Positions 22,179 to 31,265 of a stretch of 64,000 bases of DNA are shown piece by piece. The position numbers were made by a program, and so were the translations under genes. Within the stretch, counting starts at the first letter, position 1. Each line of letters begins with the position of its first letter. Source of the stretch: an uncultured delta proteobacterium (GTDB lineage Bacteria; Myxococcota; Myxococcia; Myxococcales; Myxococcaceae); contig CAVYSY010000001.1 in the NCBI GenBank assembly GCA_963771175.1, positions 1 through 64,000 on the forward strand. Reading direction: 5' to 3'. The notes under the pieces were generated by a model. That model was given only the letters and a program-made list of their open reading frames with translations. It made no database searches and had not been told where the DNA came from.

Positions 22179-23274
22179 CTACCTGGAATGGCGCGGGGCC
22201 TTCTTCGCCGCCTCCACGAGCTCGTCGATCTGCGGGTTCTCGTCCCAGCCAAGAGCCGGGAGCAGGATGGCGGCCCTGCGCCGCAGCTCCGCGACATAGG
22301 CCTCGTCCCGGTAGACCTCGGGGGCCGCCTCGACCGTCTTGCTGCTCCTCCATCGGCGGCTAGTCCTTCGATTCGAGCTTCACCGGCACTTGCTTGCCGT
22401 CGACCATGCGCAGGACCATGAGGGTGCCGGACATGAGCAGGGACGAGCTCTCCGCGCCCAGCGACGTGCCCGCCAGGCGCGCCAGGGTTCCCGGCCGCCA
22501 TGATTTCAGGCGCGAGGCGACCCCGCTCTTGTCTCCCGTGACGGTCCACACCACGAACGCCTTGCCGGGGTAGCGCTGCGCGAGCGCGTCGGCGAGGCCC
22601 GCCTTCTCGAGCCGGCTCGGCTGGAAGTTCTCGAGGGGACTTCGCCGGAGAAAGTGGCCGTTGCCCATGATGACGAGCGCGTGCCGTCCTTGGGAGAGCA
22701 CCTCCTTCTCGAGCACTCGGAACGTTTCCGGATCCCGGTACCCGTAGCCGGGCGGGAAGTCCTCGGGGCGGCGGATGGCCTCCCAATCAATGGGCGGGTC
22801 TCCGAGCAGGACCCGCAGCCGTTTGTCCGCGGGGAGCGTGCGATTGACGTCCCGGACGGTGGTGAAGAACTGCTCGTAGAGGGGCGAATCCCAGACGAGC
22901 AGCTGGGTCGTGTTGCGCCACGCAAGCCGCAGCTCCTCGGCCGGGACGGACTCTCCGGCGAGGTAGCGATCGATGACGCCCTGGTACCGGGGGTTGCCGA
23001 ACTCCACGACGATGTCCTGGAACGCGGTGGGGAAGCGCGGATCGCTCACGAGGCGGCGCAGGAACTCGTGGGTGGACGCGCTGTGGTGCCGCTCGCCGAC
23101 TCCGACGATGAGATGGTCTTTCGCGGCCTCGAGGATGGCCGAGACCCCGTCGACGGGAGCGGGAGCCGGCTTCGCCGCGTGGACGGTGGAAGGCTTTTCA
23201 GAGGACTTCTTGGGAGGCTTCTCGGGCGGCGCGGACAGCAGGACACCGAGCGCGACGGTCATCGCGGTGAGCAC
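22179..23274 (-). pseudogene. secreted ChaN/EreA/TIKI-like protein with in-frame TAG and C-terminal frame disruption
   Basis: VGVGERHH, DIVVEFGN, RVLLGDPPIDW and MGNGHF. After TAG (22360-22362) the frame continues PPMEEQ, and a shifted frame gives ...PEVYRDEAYVAELRRR...* ending 22179. Confidence 0.6.
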
Positions 23275-23626
23275 GGAGGCTCCAGGCGGAGGTGGGGGGA
23301 GACGGACCGCTGATTAGCATTCTTCGCGGGGCAGGTCCGTCTGGCGCGCTCGTCAGGAGGGCGCACCTGGGGGCGCATAAGAGAAATGGGGGCACTGTTA
23401 AGGGCAGGGGGCATGCTCATTCCGAGATGCGGCAGCGCGGTGGATGTGGGGGGATTTTTCGGCGTGCTTCCCTCGCTTCTCATTCCCGCCGCGTGTCGTG
23501 CCGGGTCGCGCTGTTCGAATTGTTTGATACCCTGGCTGGAATTCTTTGACACCCTGGCAGGCCCGTCGCGCTCTTCGTCCCTTACACCACCCGCTCCGCG
23601 GGTGGGTGCTGTTATAAGTGCAAGCC

Positions 23627-24568
23627 ATGCGCTTGCTTTGTGGGTGGAGGAAGTTGTGGCTGGTGGGGATGTTCGTGCTCGGGGCCTGGGGGTGTGGTCC
23701 CGAAATCGATCCCAACCGCGGATTCCGGGTGGTGGAGCCCTTGGTGGTGTACTACGGCAATTCCGAGGAATTGAGCGATCTGCAGCGTTTCGCGGACAGC
23801 TACCGGGTCATCATCATCGAGGCCGATCCAGGCTTTGGCTACTGGACCCCCGAACAGGTGGAGTTCCTCAAGCAGGGGGGGCGCAACCACGTGCTGAGCT
23901 ATCTGAACTTCGGCTCCTGTGAGACGTACCGCACCTATTGGGATCAGGTCCCCGAGGGATTCGTCTCGTGCAAGGACAACGTGCGCGCCCAGCGTGGCGC
24001 GTACGAGGGCTACCCGGACGAGGTGTGGATGGACCCCTCGGATCCGGACTACCAGCGGCTGCTGCTCGAGCATATGGCGCCGCGCATGGCCGAGATGGGG
24101 GTGGATGGGTTCCTGCTCGACAATGTGGAGATTCTCGAGCACGGCTCGGACACGGCCAACGGGCCCTGCGACGCGGAGTGCTTCCAGGGGGGATTGGAGC
24201 TGCTGCTCCAGTTGCGCGAGCGCTTCCCCACGCTGCGCCTGGTGCTCAATCACGGCACCGGCGATGCGATACGGACCGCGACCGTGGGAGGGCGCGCGCT
24301 CACCTCTCTGGTGGATGGCGTGCACCAGGAGGGGGTCTACGTGCCCCGTCATGACCTCGAGGTGGAGCGGCAGCTGCTCGCCTGGCGCGACCTGAACCTG
24401 CAGCCCGGGGGAAACGCGTTCTTCATCGGCACCACCGACTACGTGGGCAGCTGCGACAACACCGAGCAGGCGCGCGGGGCGTTCGAGCAGAGTCGCAGCC
24501 ATGGTTTCTCTCCCTATGCCTCTGATGCGGCCAACGGGCTCAACGTGGTGTGCTATTGGCCATTCTGA
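23627..24568 (+). CDS. GH114-like endo-alpha-1,4-polygalactosaminidase (PelA/Ega3-like) lipoprotein
   Basis: Lipobox AWGC, VLSYLNFGSCE, YPDEVWMD, GVDGFLLDNVE and DGVHQEG. Confidence 0.8.
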   Translation: MRLLCGWRKLWLVGMFVLGAWGCGPEIDPNRGFRVVEPLVVYYGNSEELSDLQRFADSYRVIIIEADPGFGYWTPEQVEFLKQGGRNHVLSYLNFGSCETYRTYWDQVPEGFVSCKDNVRAQRGAYEGYPDEVWMDPSDPDYQRLLLEHMAPRMAEMGVDGFLLDNVEILEHGSDTANGPCDAECFQGGLELLLQLRERFPTLRLVLNHGTGDAIRTATVGGRALTSLVDGVHQEGVYVPRHDLEVERQLLAWRDLNLQPGGNAFFIGTTDYVGSCDNTEQARGAFEQSRSHGFSPYASDAANGLNVVCYWPF

Positions 24569-24722
24569 CCCCGCGCCCACGATAGTCATTCAGGGCGCAG
24601 GGGGGGCTCTTGATAAGCCTTCCCCTGGCGAAGGGTTCATGAGACAACCATTGGTCATGGGCCGGACTGGGGCGGCGCCCCGGGCGTTTGGGGTTTGGAT
24701 GGATCTCGCTGGGGGAGGATTC

Positions 24723-26633
24723 GTGAAACGGTTCTTGTACATCACTGGGCTGCTGTGGAGCACTTGGATGGCGAGTGCGTGCAAACCGCCGCCTTCGGAG
24801 CCAACGGAGTGCGTGCCCATCGAGGATCGCAGCGTCGCTTTGGACGTGCTCGTGCGCTGGAAGGACGGGCGCGCGTGCGTGGGCACTCAATGGTGCTTCG
24901 AAAACCCTCTTCCGCATCAACTTGATCATCGTTCGGTTTCAGGCACGGACCCCCAGAACGTCTGGGCTGTCGGCGATCTCGGCGTCACGATGCATTTCGA
25001 CGGCACGCGGTGGGCGAGTGAGGAGATGCCGGTTGGCAACGCCCTCAACGCCATCTGGGCGCACTCCGCGCAGGAGGTCTGGGCCGCGGGGGCCGGGGGG
25101 GTCCTCCTCCACCGCACGGGCACTGGATGGGAGCGGGTGGCGAGTCCCACGGATGCATCCCTGTCTGGCTTGTGGGGGTTCGATTCGAAGGACATCTGGG
25201 CCGTTGGCGAGCGCGGAACCCTCCTGCACTGGAACGGATGTCGCTGGGTGTTGCTCGCGTCTCCGGCGGACGAAGATCTGTTGGGCGTGTGGGGCTCTGC
25301 TCCGAATGACGTGTGGATCATTGGCAAGAAGGGCCGCGCGTTCCACTATGACGGCACTCAGTGGGCGGAAAGTGTCATTGCGGGCAGATACTTGCTCAAG
25401 TCGATCTCGGGCAGTGGGCCGAATGACGTCTGGATCCTTGGGGAATCCGCCGAGCCCGTCTCCGAGGTCGGGCGCTTGTCAGCGCTGTACAGATGGGATG
25501 GCTCGGCATGGAGCCAGGTGATTAGCCTGCCCTACCCGTCGTACATGGGTTTGGCATATTCAGTCAGGGTCGAGCAGCCCGGTGTCGTGTGGGTCAGCAC
25601 CTCAGAGTACCTGGTACGAGGCGATGGCACGACCTTCTCATTTGTGGGGAGGGGGACGAGCCCTGCGGACCTGTGGTTCGCTGATGATGGAACCGGCTGG
25701 GGCGTGGGTGTCAACGGGAGCATCCAGCGTTGGGATGGAAGCAACTTCTCACAGCAACTGCCCGTGGGGCTCGCCGTTGAGTTGGACGACATCTGGGCGG
25801 GTGAGGGGGCGGCATGGGCCGTGGACACACAGGGGAAGCTCCTGAACCGTCAGCAGGATGGCACGTGGTCGCTCGTTGACGCCGGTGCGCAAGGCCCGCT
25901 TATCGGAGTGTGGGGAAGCAGCCCCTCTGACGTCTGGGTGGTAGGTGACGGGACTCAATTGCTGCACTGGAATGGCCTGAGCTGGCTCGCCTCTCAGACG
26001 GGCATCAACGGGCAGCTCAGCACCCTCCATGGGTCGGCCAGGGACAACGTCTGGGCAGGCGGTCGGGAGACCTTGCCGGACAGATCCTCCGTGCCGCTAC
26101 TCCTGCGGTTCGATGGCGCGAAATGGTCGAGGGTTTCGATTCCCGATGGGGCCAGTTCCATCCTCAAGGTCGCGGTGGCGAGCTCGGATTCCACCTGGGT
26201 GGTGGATGCTCAGGGCCGGCTCCTGCGCTGGGACGGGACACAATTCATCCAGCAGACGCCCCCGTTAGCTCCGGGGGGATACGTCTCGGAAGTGTGGGCG
26301 GCCTCGGCTGACGAGATCTGGCTGGAAGGTTTGCAACTCCTCGAGAATGGCAGCATAGACAAAAACTATCTGATTCGCTGGGAATCGGGCACGTGGACGC
26401 CGTTTGCCATTGAAAGAATAGGTGTTTACCCCATTCTTTCTCGTGACCTCGTGAGAGCGAGCCCAACGGACGTGTGGGCCGTTGTCGGCGAGAAGGAGGT
26501 GCTCCTCCATTTCGACGGCACGCGTTGGTCGAAGACTCCCGTCGGCGTGGTCTTGAACGCCATTTCCGGGAGTGATCCGGGATTGTTGCTCGCAGTTGGG
26601 GCGGGTGGAGTGATCCTGCGCTACTCCCCGTAA
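24723..26633 (+). CDS. lipoprotein with Trp-rich beta-propeller repeats
   Basis: Many repeats of L..(V/I)WGS.P.DVWAVG..G..LH(F/W)DG..W. Lipobox-like ASAC. Confidence 0.85.
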   Translation: MKRFLYITGLLWSTWMASACKPPPSEPTECVPIEDRSVALDVLVRWKDGRACVGTQWCFENPLPHQLDHRSVSGTDPQNVWAVGDLGVTMHFDGTRWASEEMPVGNALNAIWAHSAQEVWAAGAGGVLLHRTGTGWERVASPTDASLSGLWGFDSKDIWAVGERGTLLHWNGCRWVLLASPADEDLLGVWGSAPNDVWIIGKKGRAFHYDGTQWAESVIAGRYLLKSISGSGPNDVWILGESAEPVSEVGRLSALYRWDGSAWSQVISLPYPSYMGLAYSVRVEQPGVVWVSTSEYLVRGDGTTFSFVGRGTSPADLWFADDGTGWGVGVNGSIQRWDGSNFSQQLPVGLAVELDDIWAGEGAAWAVDTQGKLLNRQQDGTWSLVDAGAQGPLIGVWGSSPSDVWVVGDGTQLLHWNGLSWLASQTGINGQLSTLHGSARDNVWAGGRETLPDRSSVPLLLRFDGAKWSRVSIPDGASSILKVAVASSDSTWVVDAQGRLLRWDGTQFIQQTPPLAPGGYVSEVWAASADEIWLEGLQLLENGSIDKNYLIRWESGTWTPFAIERIGVYPILSRDLVRASPTDVWAVVGEKEVLLHFDGTRWSKTPVGVVLNAISGSDPGLLLAVGAGGVILRYSP

Positions 26634-26758
26634 ATCGGAGCTCAGCAGCAGTGAAGCCGCCATCAGCCGGGGGGACTCCGGCCACCGAGGAACCCTCCTC
26701 CTGGGTCAGGAGGGCAGCCTCACGGGCAGCGAGGCCACCTTCGGCATCTCCGAGCGCA

Positions 26759-26838
26759 ACGGGTTCAAATCCCGTCGGGGACACTCCAATCGGGGCCGGA
26801 AGCTGCTGGAATCCCAGCGGTCTCCGGCCCCGGTGCTT
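26759..26838 (+). other. tRNA-Glu 3'-end fragment plus downstream hairpin (att-like scar)
   Basis: acgggttcaaatcccgtcggggacac matches the 3' end of the tRNA-Glu at 54190-54262 with one mismatch. No D or anticodon arm upstream. Hairpin at 26791-26832. Confidence 0.75.
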
Positions 26839-28023
26839 TCAGGCTTGCAGCGCCGCCGCTCCCTCGCGGGGAACTCGCGCCCGGCTCAGCCACAGCGCCA
26901 CGGCGCTCAGCGCGAGCAGCCCCGCGCCGAGCCGCACGCCGTAGCTGCCCGGCCACACGCTGCCCAGTCCCACCAGCGCTGCCATCGCGCCGAAGCCCAC
27001 CAGCGCGCTGCTGTTGCCCAGGTTGTTGAAGGCCGCGAGCCACTCGGGCTCCCCGGCCGCCGCGCACGTAGTGACGTGCTCGCGGAAGGCCAGCATGAAC
27101 AGCGCGAACGCAACGCCCAGCACCACGCTCGCGCCGAACAGCACGGGCATGGCCCCGGCGGCATCCGTCCCCAGCAGAGCGCCCGCGAGTGCCATCATCA
27201 CCGGAGCCACCCGCATCCAGCGAAGCGCCAGCCCCTCACGGGTGAGCACGCCGATGACAGCGGTGCTCACGATGGCACTCGCGTACACCGTCGCAATCAA
27301 CGCGCTGCCCATCACGGTGGCATCGGCCCGGCCGTGAAGGTCCCGGAGCACGTACACCGCGCTGCTCGCGAGCAGGTAGTAAGCGCCGTAGATGGCGAGC
27401 GCGCAACCCCACACCGTGCGGCCGCTTCGCGAGAGCGGTCGAGGCGCCTCGGCGGGCCGCCGCGCCTCGTCCCCGCTCCCCACCGCCCGGCAGGCGGCGA
27501 GTGCGAGGGCTCCGAGCACCGCCAGCGCGCAGCCGTTCCACAGGGCCACCCGCGCCTGCGTCGCGCCCGCGCTGACGGCGCCCAGCCACAGCGGTCCGAG
27601 CAACATCCCTCCGAAGCGCAGGGCACTGCCGAGCTGATCGTTTCTCGCCCGCGCGGCCCCAGCGAGCGCCGTGGCGCGGCGGTCCAGTTCCTGGGTCACG
27701 TAGTTCGCCACGGCGCGCACGGCCACGTGCGCCGCCGCGTACAGCCACGGGCCCCGCGCGCCGAGCACCACCGCGCTCAGCGTCAGCATCGACAGTACCA
27801 GCAGGGTCCCGACGCGCACGCCGCTCCCCAGGAATCCGAAGCGCCTGGACAGCCGTACCGCCGCGATGGACGCGACAGTCCCCGCCAGGAGGCAGCCCGC
27901 GAGCCAACGCTCCTTCGCCGCGGGGACGTTCGCCGCGAAGAAGGCCTGCGCGTGCACGTTCACCAGGCCGGAGATGAGGAACGAGGTGAGCAGGAGCGCC
28001 CCGTTGCGGCGCAGCAGCGTCAC
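26839..28023 (-). CDS. MFS-like multi-TM membrane protein
   Basis: About 12 hydrophobic segments. GTG start overlaps the upstream stop (GTGA). Confidence 0.7.
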   Translation of the reverse strand: MTLLRRNGALLLTSFLISGLVNVHAQAFFAANVPAAKERWLAGCLLAGTVASIAAVRLSRRFGFLGSGVRVGTLLVLSMLTLSAVVLGARGPWLYAAAHVAVRAVANYVTQELDRRATALAGAARARNDQLGSALRFGGMLLGPLWLGAVSAGATQARVALWNGCALAVLGALALAACRAVGSGDEARRPAEAPRPLSRSGRTVWGCALAIYGAYYLLASSAVYVLRDLHGRADATVMGSALIATVYASAIVSTAVIGVLTREGLALRWMRVAPVMMALAGALLGTDAAGAMPVLFGASVVLGVAFALFMLAFREHVTTCAAAGEPEWLAAFNNLGNSSALVGFGAMAALVGLGSVWPGSYGVRLGAGLLALSAVALWLSRARVPREGAAALQA

Positions 28024-28631
28024 CACCACCGTACCGCGGAGGCCACGGTCGCCACGGGCACCAGCCCCCAGAGCAGCCGGGTGTGCCAGCCGTGCTTCGG
28101 AATCACGAAGCCGTGGATCATCGCGAGCGCCGCCGCCGCGAGGTAGCCCCCCACCAGCGCGCTGCGCAGCCCGGCCGGCTGCCCCGCCGCGCCCGCGGCC
28201 ACCAGGTAGAAGACCGCCGCTCCGTGGGCGGTGGGCAAGCCCTGGAAGCACTCGCGACCGGCCACCACCACCGTCCCCGTCTCCATGAAGCGCGCCAGCC
28301 GCCACACCCCCGTGAGCGAATACGCCACGAGGGCAACCGTCCACGCACCGCCAACCCCCATCGCGTGGGCGAGCATCGGCGGAACCAGGCAGAACGAGAC
28401 GGCATCGGCGAGCGAGTCGAGGAAGCCGCCGAAGGCGCTGACCTGCTTCAGCTTCCGCGCGATCTGGCCGTCAAGCACGTCGCAGGGAAGGGCCAGCGCG
28501 CCACAGAGCACCGCGGCTCCGAGCCGGCCCGTCAACGCGAGGTGACACGCCAGCGTGCCGAGCACCACCGACAGGCTGGTGACCAGGCTGGCCGCGTTGA
28601 GCTGCTCGAGCACCGGGAAGTGCTTCTTCAT
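28020..28631 (-). CDS. CDP-alcohol phosphatidyltransferase (PssA-like)
   Basis: Family signature DVLDGQIARKLKQVSAFGGFLDSLAD, plus WRLARF and FQGLPT. Confidence 0.9.
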   Translation of the reverse strand: MKKHFPVLEQLNAASLVTSLSVVLGTLACHLALTGRLGAAVLCGALALPCDVLDGQIARKLKQVSAFGGFLDSLADAVSFCLVPPMLAHAMGVGGAWTVALVAYSLTGVWRLARFMETGTVVVAGRECFQGLPTAHGAAVFYLVAAGAAGQPAGLRSALVGGYLAAAALAMIHGFVIPKHGWHTRLLWGLVPVATVASAVRWW

Positions 28632-29626
28632 TCGGGTACAACCTCCGGCGCGGGCACGTCCACGTGGAAGCGGATGGCCTTCGCGAGTGCCGTGGAGAAC
28701 GGCTCCTGGGCATACGGGAGCCCGCGTCGCTCACAGAAGGCGCGGACGAGGGGCGCGGCCCGCCGCAGCTGGTGGCGCGGCAGGTCGGGGAACAGGTGGT
28801 GCTCGAGCTGGTTCTCCAGCCCGCCGAAGACGAAGCGCGCCCAGGCGCCGCCCGTGTAGTTGCGGCAGGTGCGGATCTGCAGCTCCGCGAAGGTGAGCGT
28901 GCTCGCTTCGGCCTCGGTGAAGGACTCGAGATCGTAGTGGTTCCCGGCGAAGACCGTGTTCAGGTACAGCATCCCGATGCAGGTGTGGGCCAGGAAGAGG
29001 GGGACCGCCCACGCGCCGAAGAGCAGCGCGAGGCCCGCGCCCTGCAGCGCGAAGCCGCAGCCCACCAGGCACAGCTCGCGCACGAAACGCTCCCGGTGGA
29101 AGCGGTGGCAATAGAAGCCGTCGCGCAGGCCGAGCAGCAGCAACGACTTGGGCAGGTACCTCCCGCGGAAGCGCGAGAGCAGCAACAGGTTGGGCGCGGC
29201 GATCCAGGCGTGGGCGAAGCGGCGCTCCGCATCCCACCGCTCCGGTTGATCCCCATCCACGCCGCGCACGTTGGGCGCCGCGTGGTGCCGGTCGTGCCCA
29301 TGGCGCCAGCCCGAGACGAACTCGCCCAGGAGCCCCGCCGTCAGGGCCGCGAAGAGGCGGTTTGCCCTGCGAGAGCGGAACGTGCCTCCGTGCGCCGAGT
29401 CGTGCATCAGCCAGCCCAGCCGGTAGAACACCAGGCTCGCGAGCACGAACAGCGGGACCGCACCCCACGTGTCCGCCCGTGCGCTGGCCCAGAACAGGGC
29501 CGCCGCGCAGAGCAGGTGGAGCGGAAGGCTCACCACCGAGCGCCACGGCGCGTAGGCGTAGCAGCCCGCGGCGCGGACCTCGCGCTTGAGCTCGGCGTAG
29601 TCCGTGGAGGCTCTCAGCCGAACCAT
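28628..29626 (-). CDS. membrane fatty acid desaturase, front-end-type His boxes, no fused cytochrome b5
   Basis: HDSAH, HDRHHAAPN and GGLENQLEHHLFP. Confidence 0.9.
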   Translation of the reverse strand: MVRLRASTDYAELKREVRAAGCYAYAPWRSVVSLPLHLLCAAALFWASARADTWGAVPLFVLASLVFYRLGWLMHDSAHGGTFRSRRANRLFAALTAGLLGEFVSGWRHGHDRHHAAPNVRGVDGDQPERWDAERRFAHAWIAAPNLLLLSRFRGRYLPKSLLLLGLRDGFYCHRFHRERFVRELCLVGCGFALQGAGLALLFGAWAVPLFLAHTCIGMLYLNTVFAGNHYDLESFTEAEASTLTFAELQIRTCRNYTGGAWARFVFGGLENQLEHHLFPDLPRHQLRRAAPLVRAFCERRGLPYAQEPFSTALAKAIRFHVDVPAPEVVPE

Positions 29627-30579
29627 GCCTGCACCGCCGTGAAGAAGAGGGGAGCCGTGAGGATGAGACTGTCGCAGCGGTCCAGGAGCCCGCCCTGTCC
29701 CGGCAGCGCCGCGCCCAGGTCCTTGAGCCCGACCTCGCGCTTGAGCCCGGACACCGTCAGATCGCCCAGCAGCCCGAGCCCCGAGAGAGCCGCGCCCAGC
29801 AGCGCGCCCTGCGCGTGCGTGAAGGGCGTGATGGAGGGGGCCGCCAGCCCCGCCACCAGCGCGGAGATCGCCATCCCGCCGAGCAGGCCCTCCCAGGTCT
29901 TCCGGGGTGACAGCGTCGGCGCGAGCCTGTGGCGCCCAAGCGCCTTCCCGGCCACGTACTGCCCCGCGTCGCTCGTCATCACCGAGAGGAGCAGCAGCAG
30001 CACGAAGCCCGCTGCCCCCGAGGGGCCGGGCAGCGGCCCGTGGAAGAAGAACCAGGGCACGTGCCCGAGCGAGAACACCGTCCACACCACCCCGAGCTGC
30101 AGCCGAGCCGCGCGGGCGATGGGCCTCTCGCCGCCGAGGCGCAGCGACGCGAGCGTCAGGAGGCCGAAGGTCCACAACAGCCACAGCCCCGAGACGAGGC
30201 GGGCGTCGCCCGTTGCGATGGCCCCGAAGTGCAGCGGTACCGCCAGGTACGCGAGGGCGTCGAGGCGCGGGTCGCGCTCCGCTCCCTGGGTGCGCAAGTA
30301 CTCGCGCAGGGTCCACCCGCTGGTCAGCGCGAAGATAACCAGCGTCGTCCACGCGCCCAGCGCCACGCAGAGCCCGCCCGCGAGCGCCGGAGGCCACCAG
30401 GAGTTGATCGCCTGCCGGATGGGCTTCGCCTCCGCACGCCGCAGCCGGGGATGCGCGAACGAGATGGCGCTGCAGGCGAAGATGAAGCCGTAGATGCGGG
30501 CGAGCACCGCGAAGAGCTCTGCCGGCGCAAGGGAGACGGGCATGGGAGGGCGGGTGTCGAGAAGACGAGGCTCGACCAT
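29614..30579 (-). CDS. phosphatidate cytidylyltransferase (CdsA/YnbB-like)
   Basis: INSWW, SDAGQYVAGKALG, LSPRKTWEG, GDLTVSGLKR and LPGQGGLLDRCDSL. Confidence 0.9.
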   Translation of the reverse strand: MVEPRLLDTRPPMPVSLAPAELFAVLARIYGFIFACSAISFAHPRLRRAEAKPIRQAINSWWPPALAGGLCVALGAWTTLVIFALTSGWTLREYLRTQGAERDPRLDALAYLAVPLHFGAIATGDARLVSGLWLLWTFGLLTLASLRLGGERPIARAARLQLGVVWTVFSLGHVPWFFFHGPLPGPSGAAGFVLLLLLSVMTSDAGQYVAGKALGRHRLAPTLSPRKTWEGLLGGMAISALVAGLAAPSITPFTHAQGALLGAALSGLGLLGDLTVSGLKREVGLKDLGAALPGQGGLLDRCDSLILTAPLFFTAVQAWFG

Positions 30580-30719
30580 CGCACCCAGGCTGTTGCTTTA
30601 CAACGTCACCGAGTACAGGCACTCAGCGCATCAGAAAGAGGGGAGAGTTGGCCCGGAGCCGGGTTGCCGCTCAAATGACCGGGAATGTCCACGACCCCGA
30701 ACGCGGAAGCTACCCAGAC

Positions 30720-31020
30720 GCTGCTTTCCCTCTGCGAGGACCGTGCGCGCTGGCGCCGGGAACTCAGGAGCTCACCCACCTGCTGCGCGCGGCCGGGGCC
30801 CGGGTTCCCGACGATGTGACGGGCGGAAACGCGGGGGCGTTCCGCTTCGATGGGACACCCCGCCTCTACGCGGAGCTGCTCGACGCGGGTGCACGCATCG
30901 ACGTGCGTGACGACAGTGGGGCGACCCCGCTCCACCAGGTCGCCGCGTTTGGGAAGGCGCCCGTGGCCGAGCTGCTGCTCGCCCGGGGCGCCAACGTCAA
31001 CGCCATCGACGGGCTCGGGC
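30720..31020 (+). pseudogene. ankyrin-repeat fragment
   Basis: LLDAGARIDVRDDSGATPLHQVAAFGKAPVAELLLARGANVNAIDGLG. No convincing start, and the sequence degenerates afterwards. Confidence 0.6.
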
Positions 31021-31265
31021 ATCCTGAATCAGCGCGCGGCGTAGTACGCGAGCAGGTCCGTCGTGGTCTCCGGGCCTCGTCCTGTGTCCGCCCGGCCGCG
31101 GGCTCGTTTTCTGGAGGGCCTCGACCGTGGCCAGACAGCCCCTTTGGAAGGGGTGCTTGCCTGCCTGGTCGTCGGCACGCGGTGTGCTTTGGGGTGGGTC
31201 CGCCCGGGTGCGATGGCGCCCGAGCCTCTTCTCCCCACCCCGTCCCGGGGTCTCCAGGTGCCACC

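Noticed and set aside
26700..26790. Complete tRNA
   Set aside because: Only the T-arm and 3' acceptor strand are present. No matching 5' strand, D arm or anticodon arm.
28628..30622. 664 aa desaturase ORF and other long overlapping or antisense ORFs
   Set aside because: Shadow ORFs from high GC content. The upstream half overlaps the CdsA-like gene in another frame and is Arg/Ala/Gly-rich without motifs.
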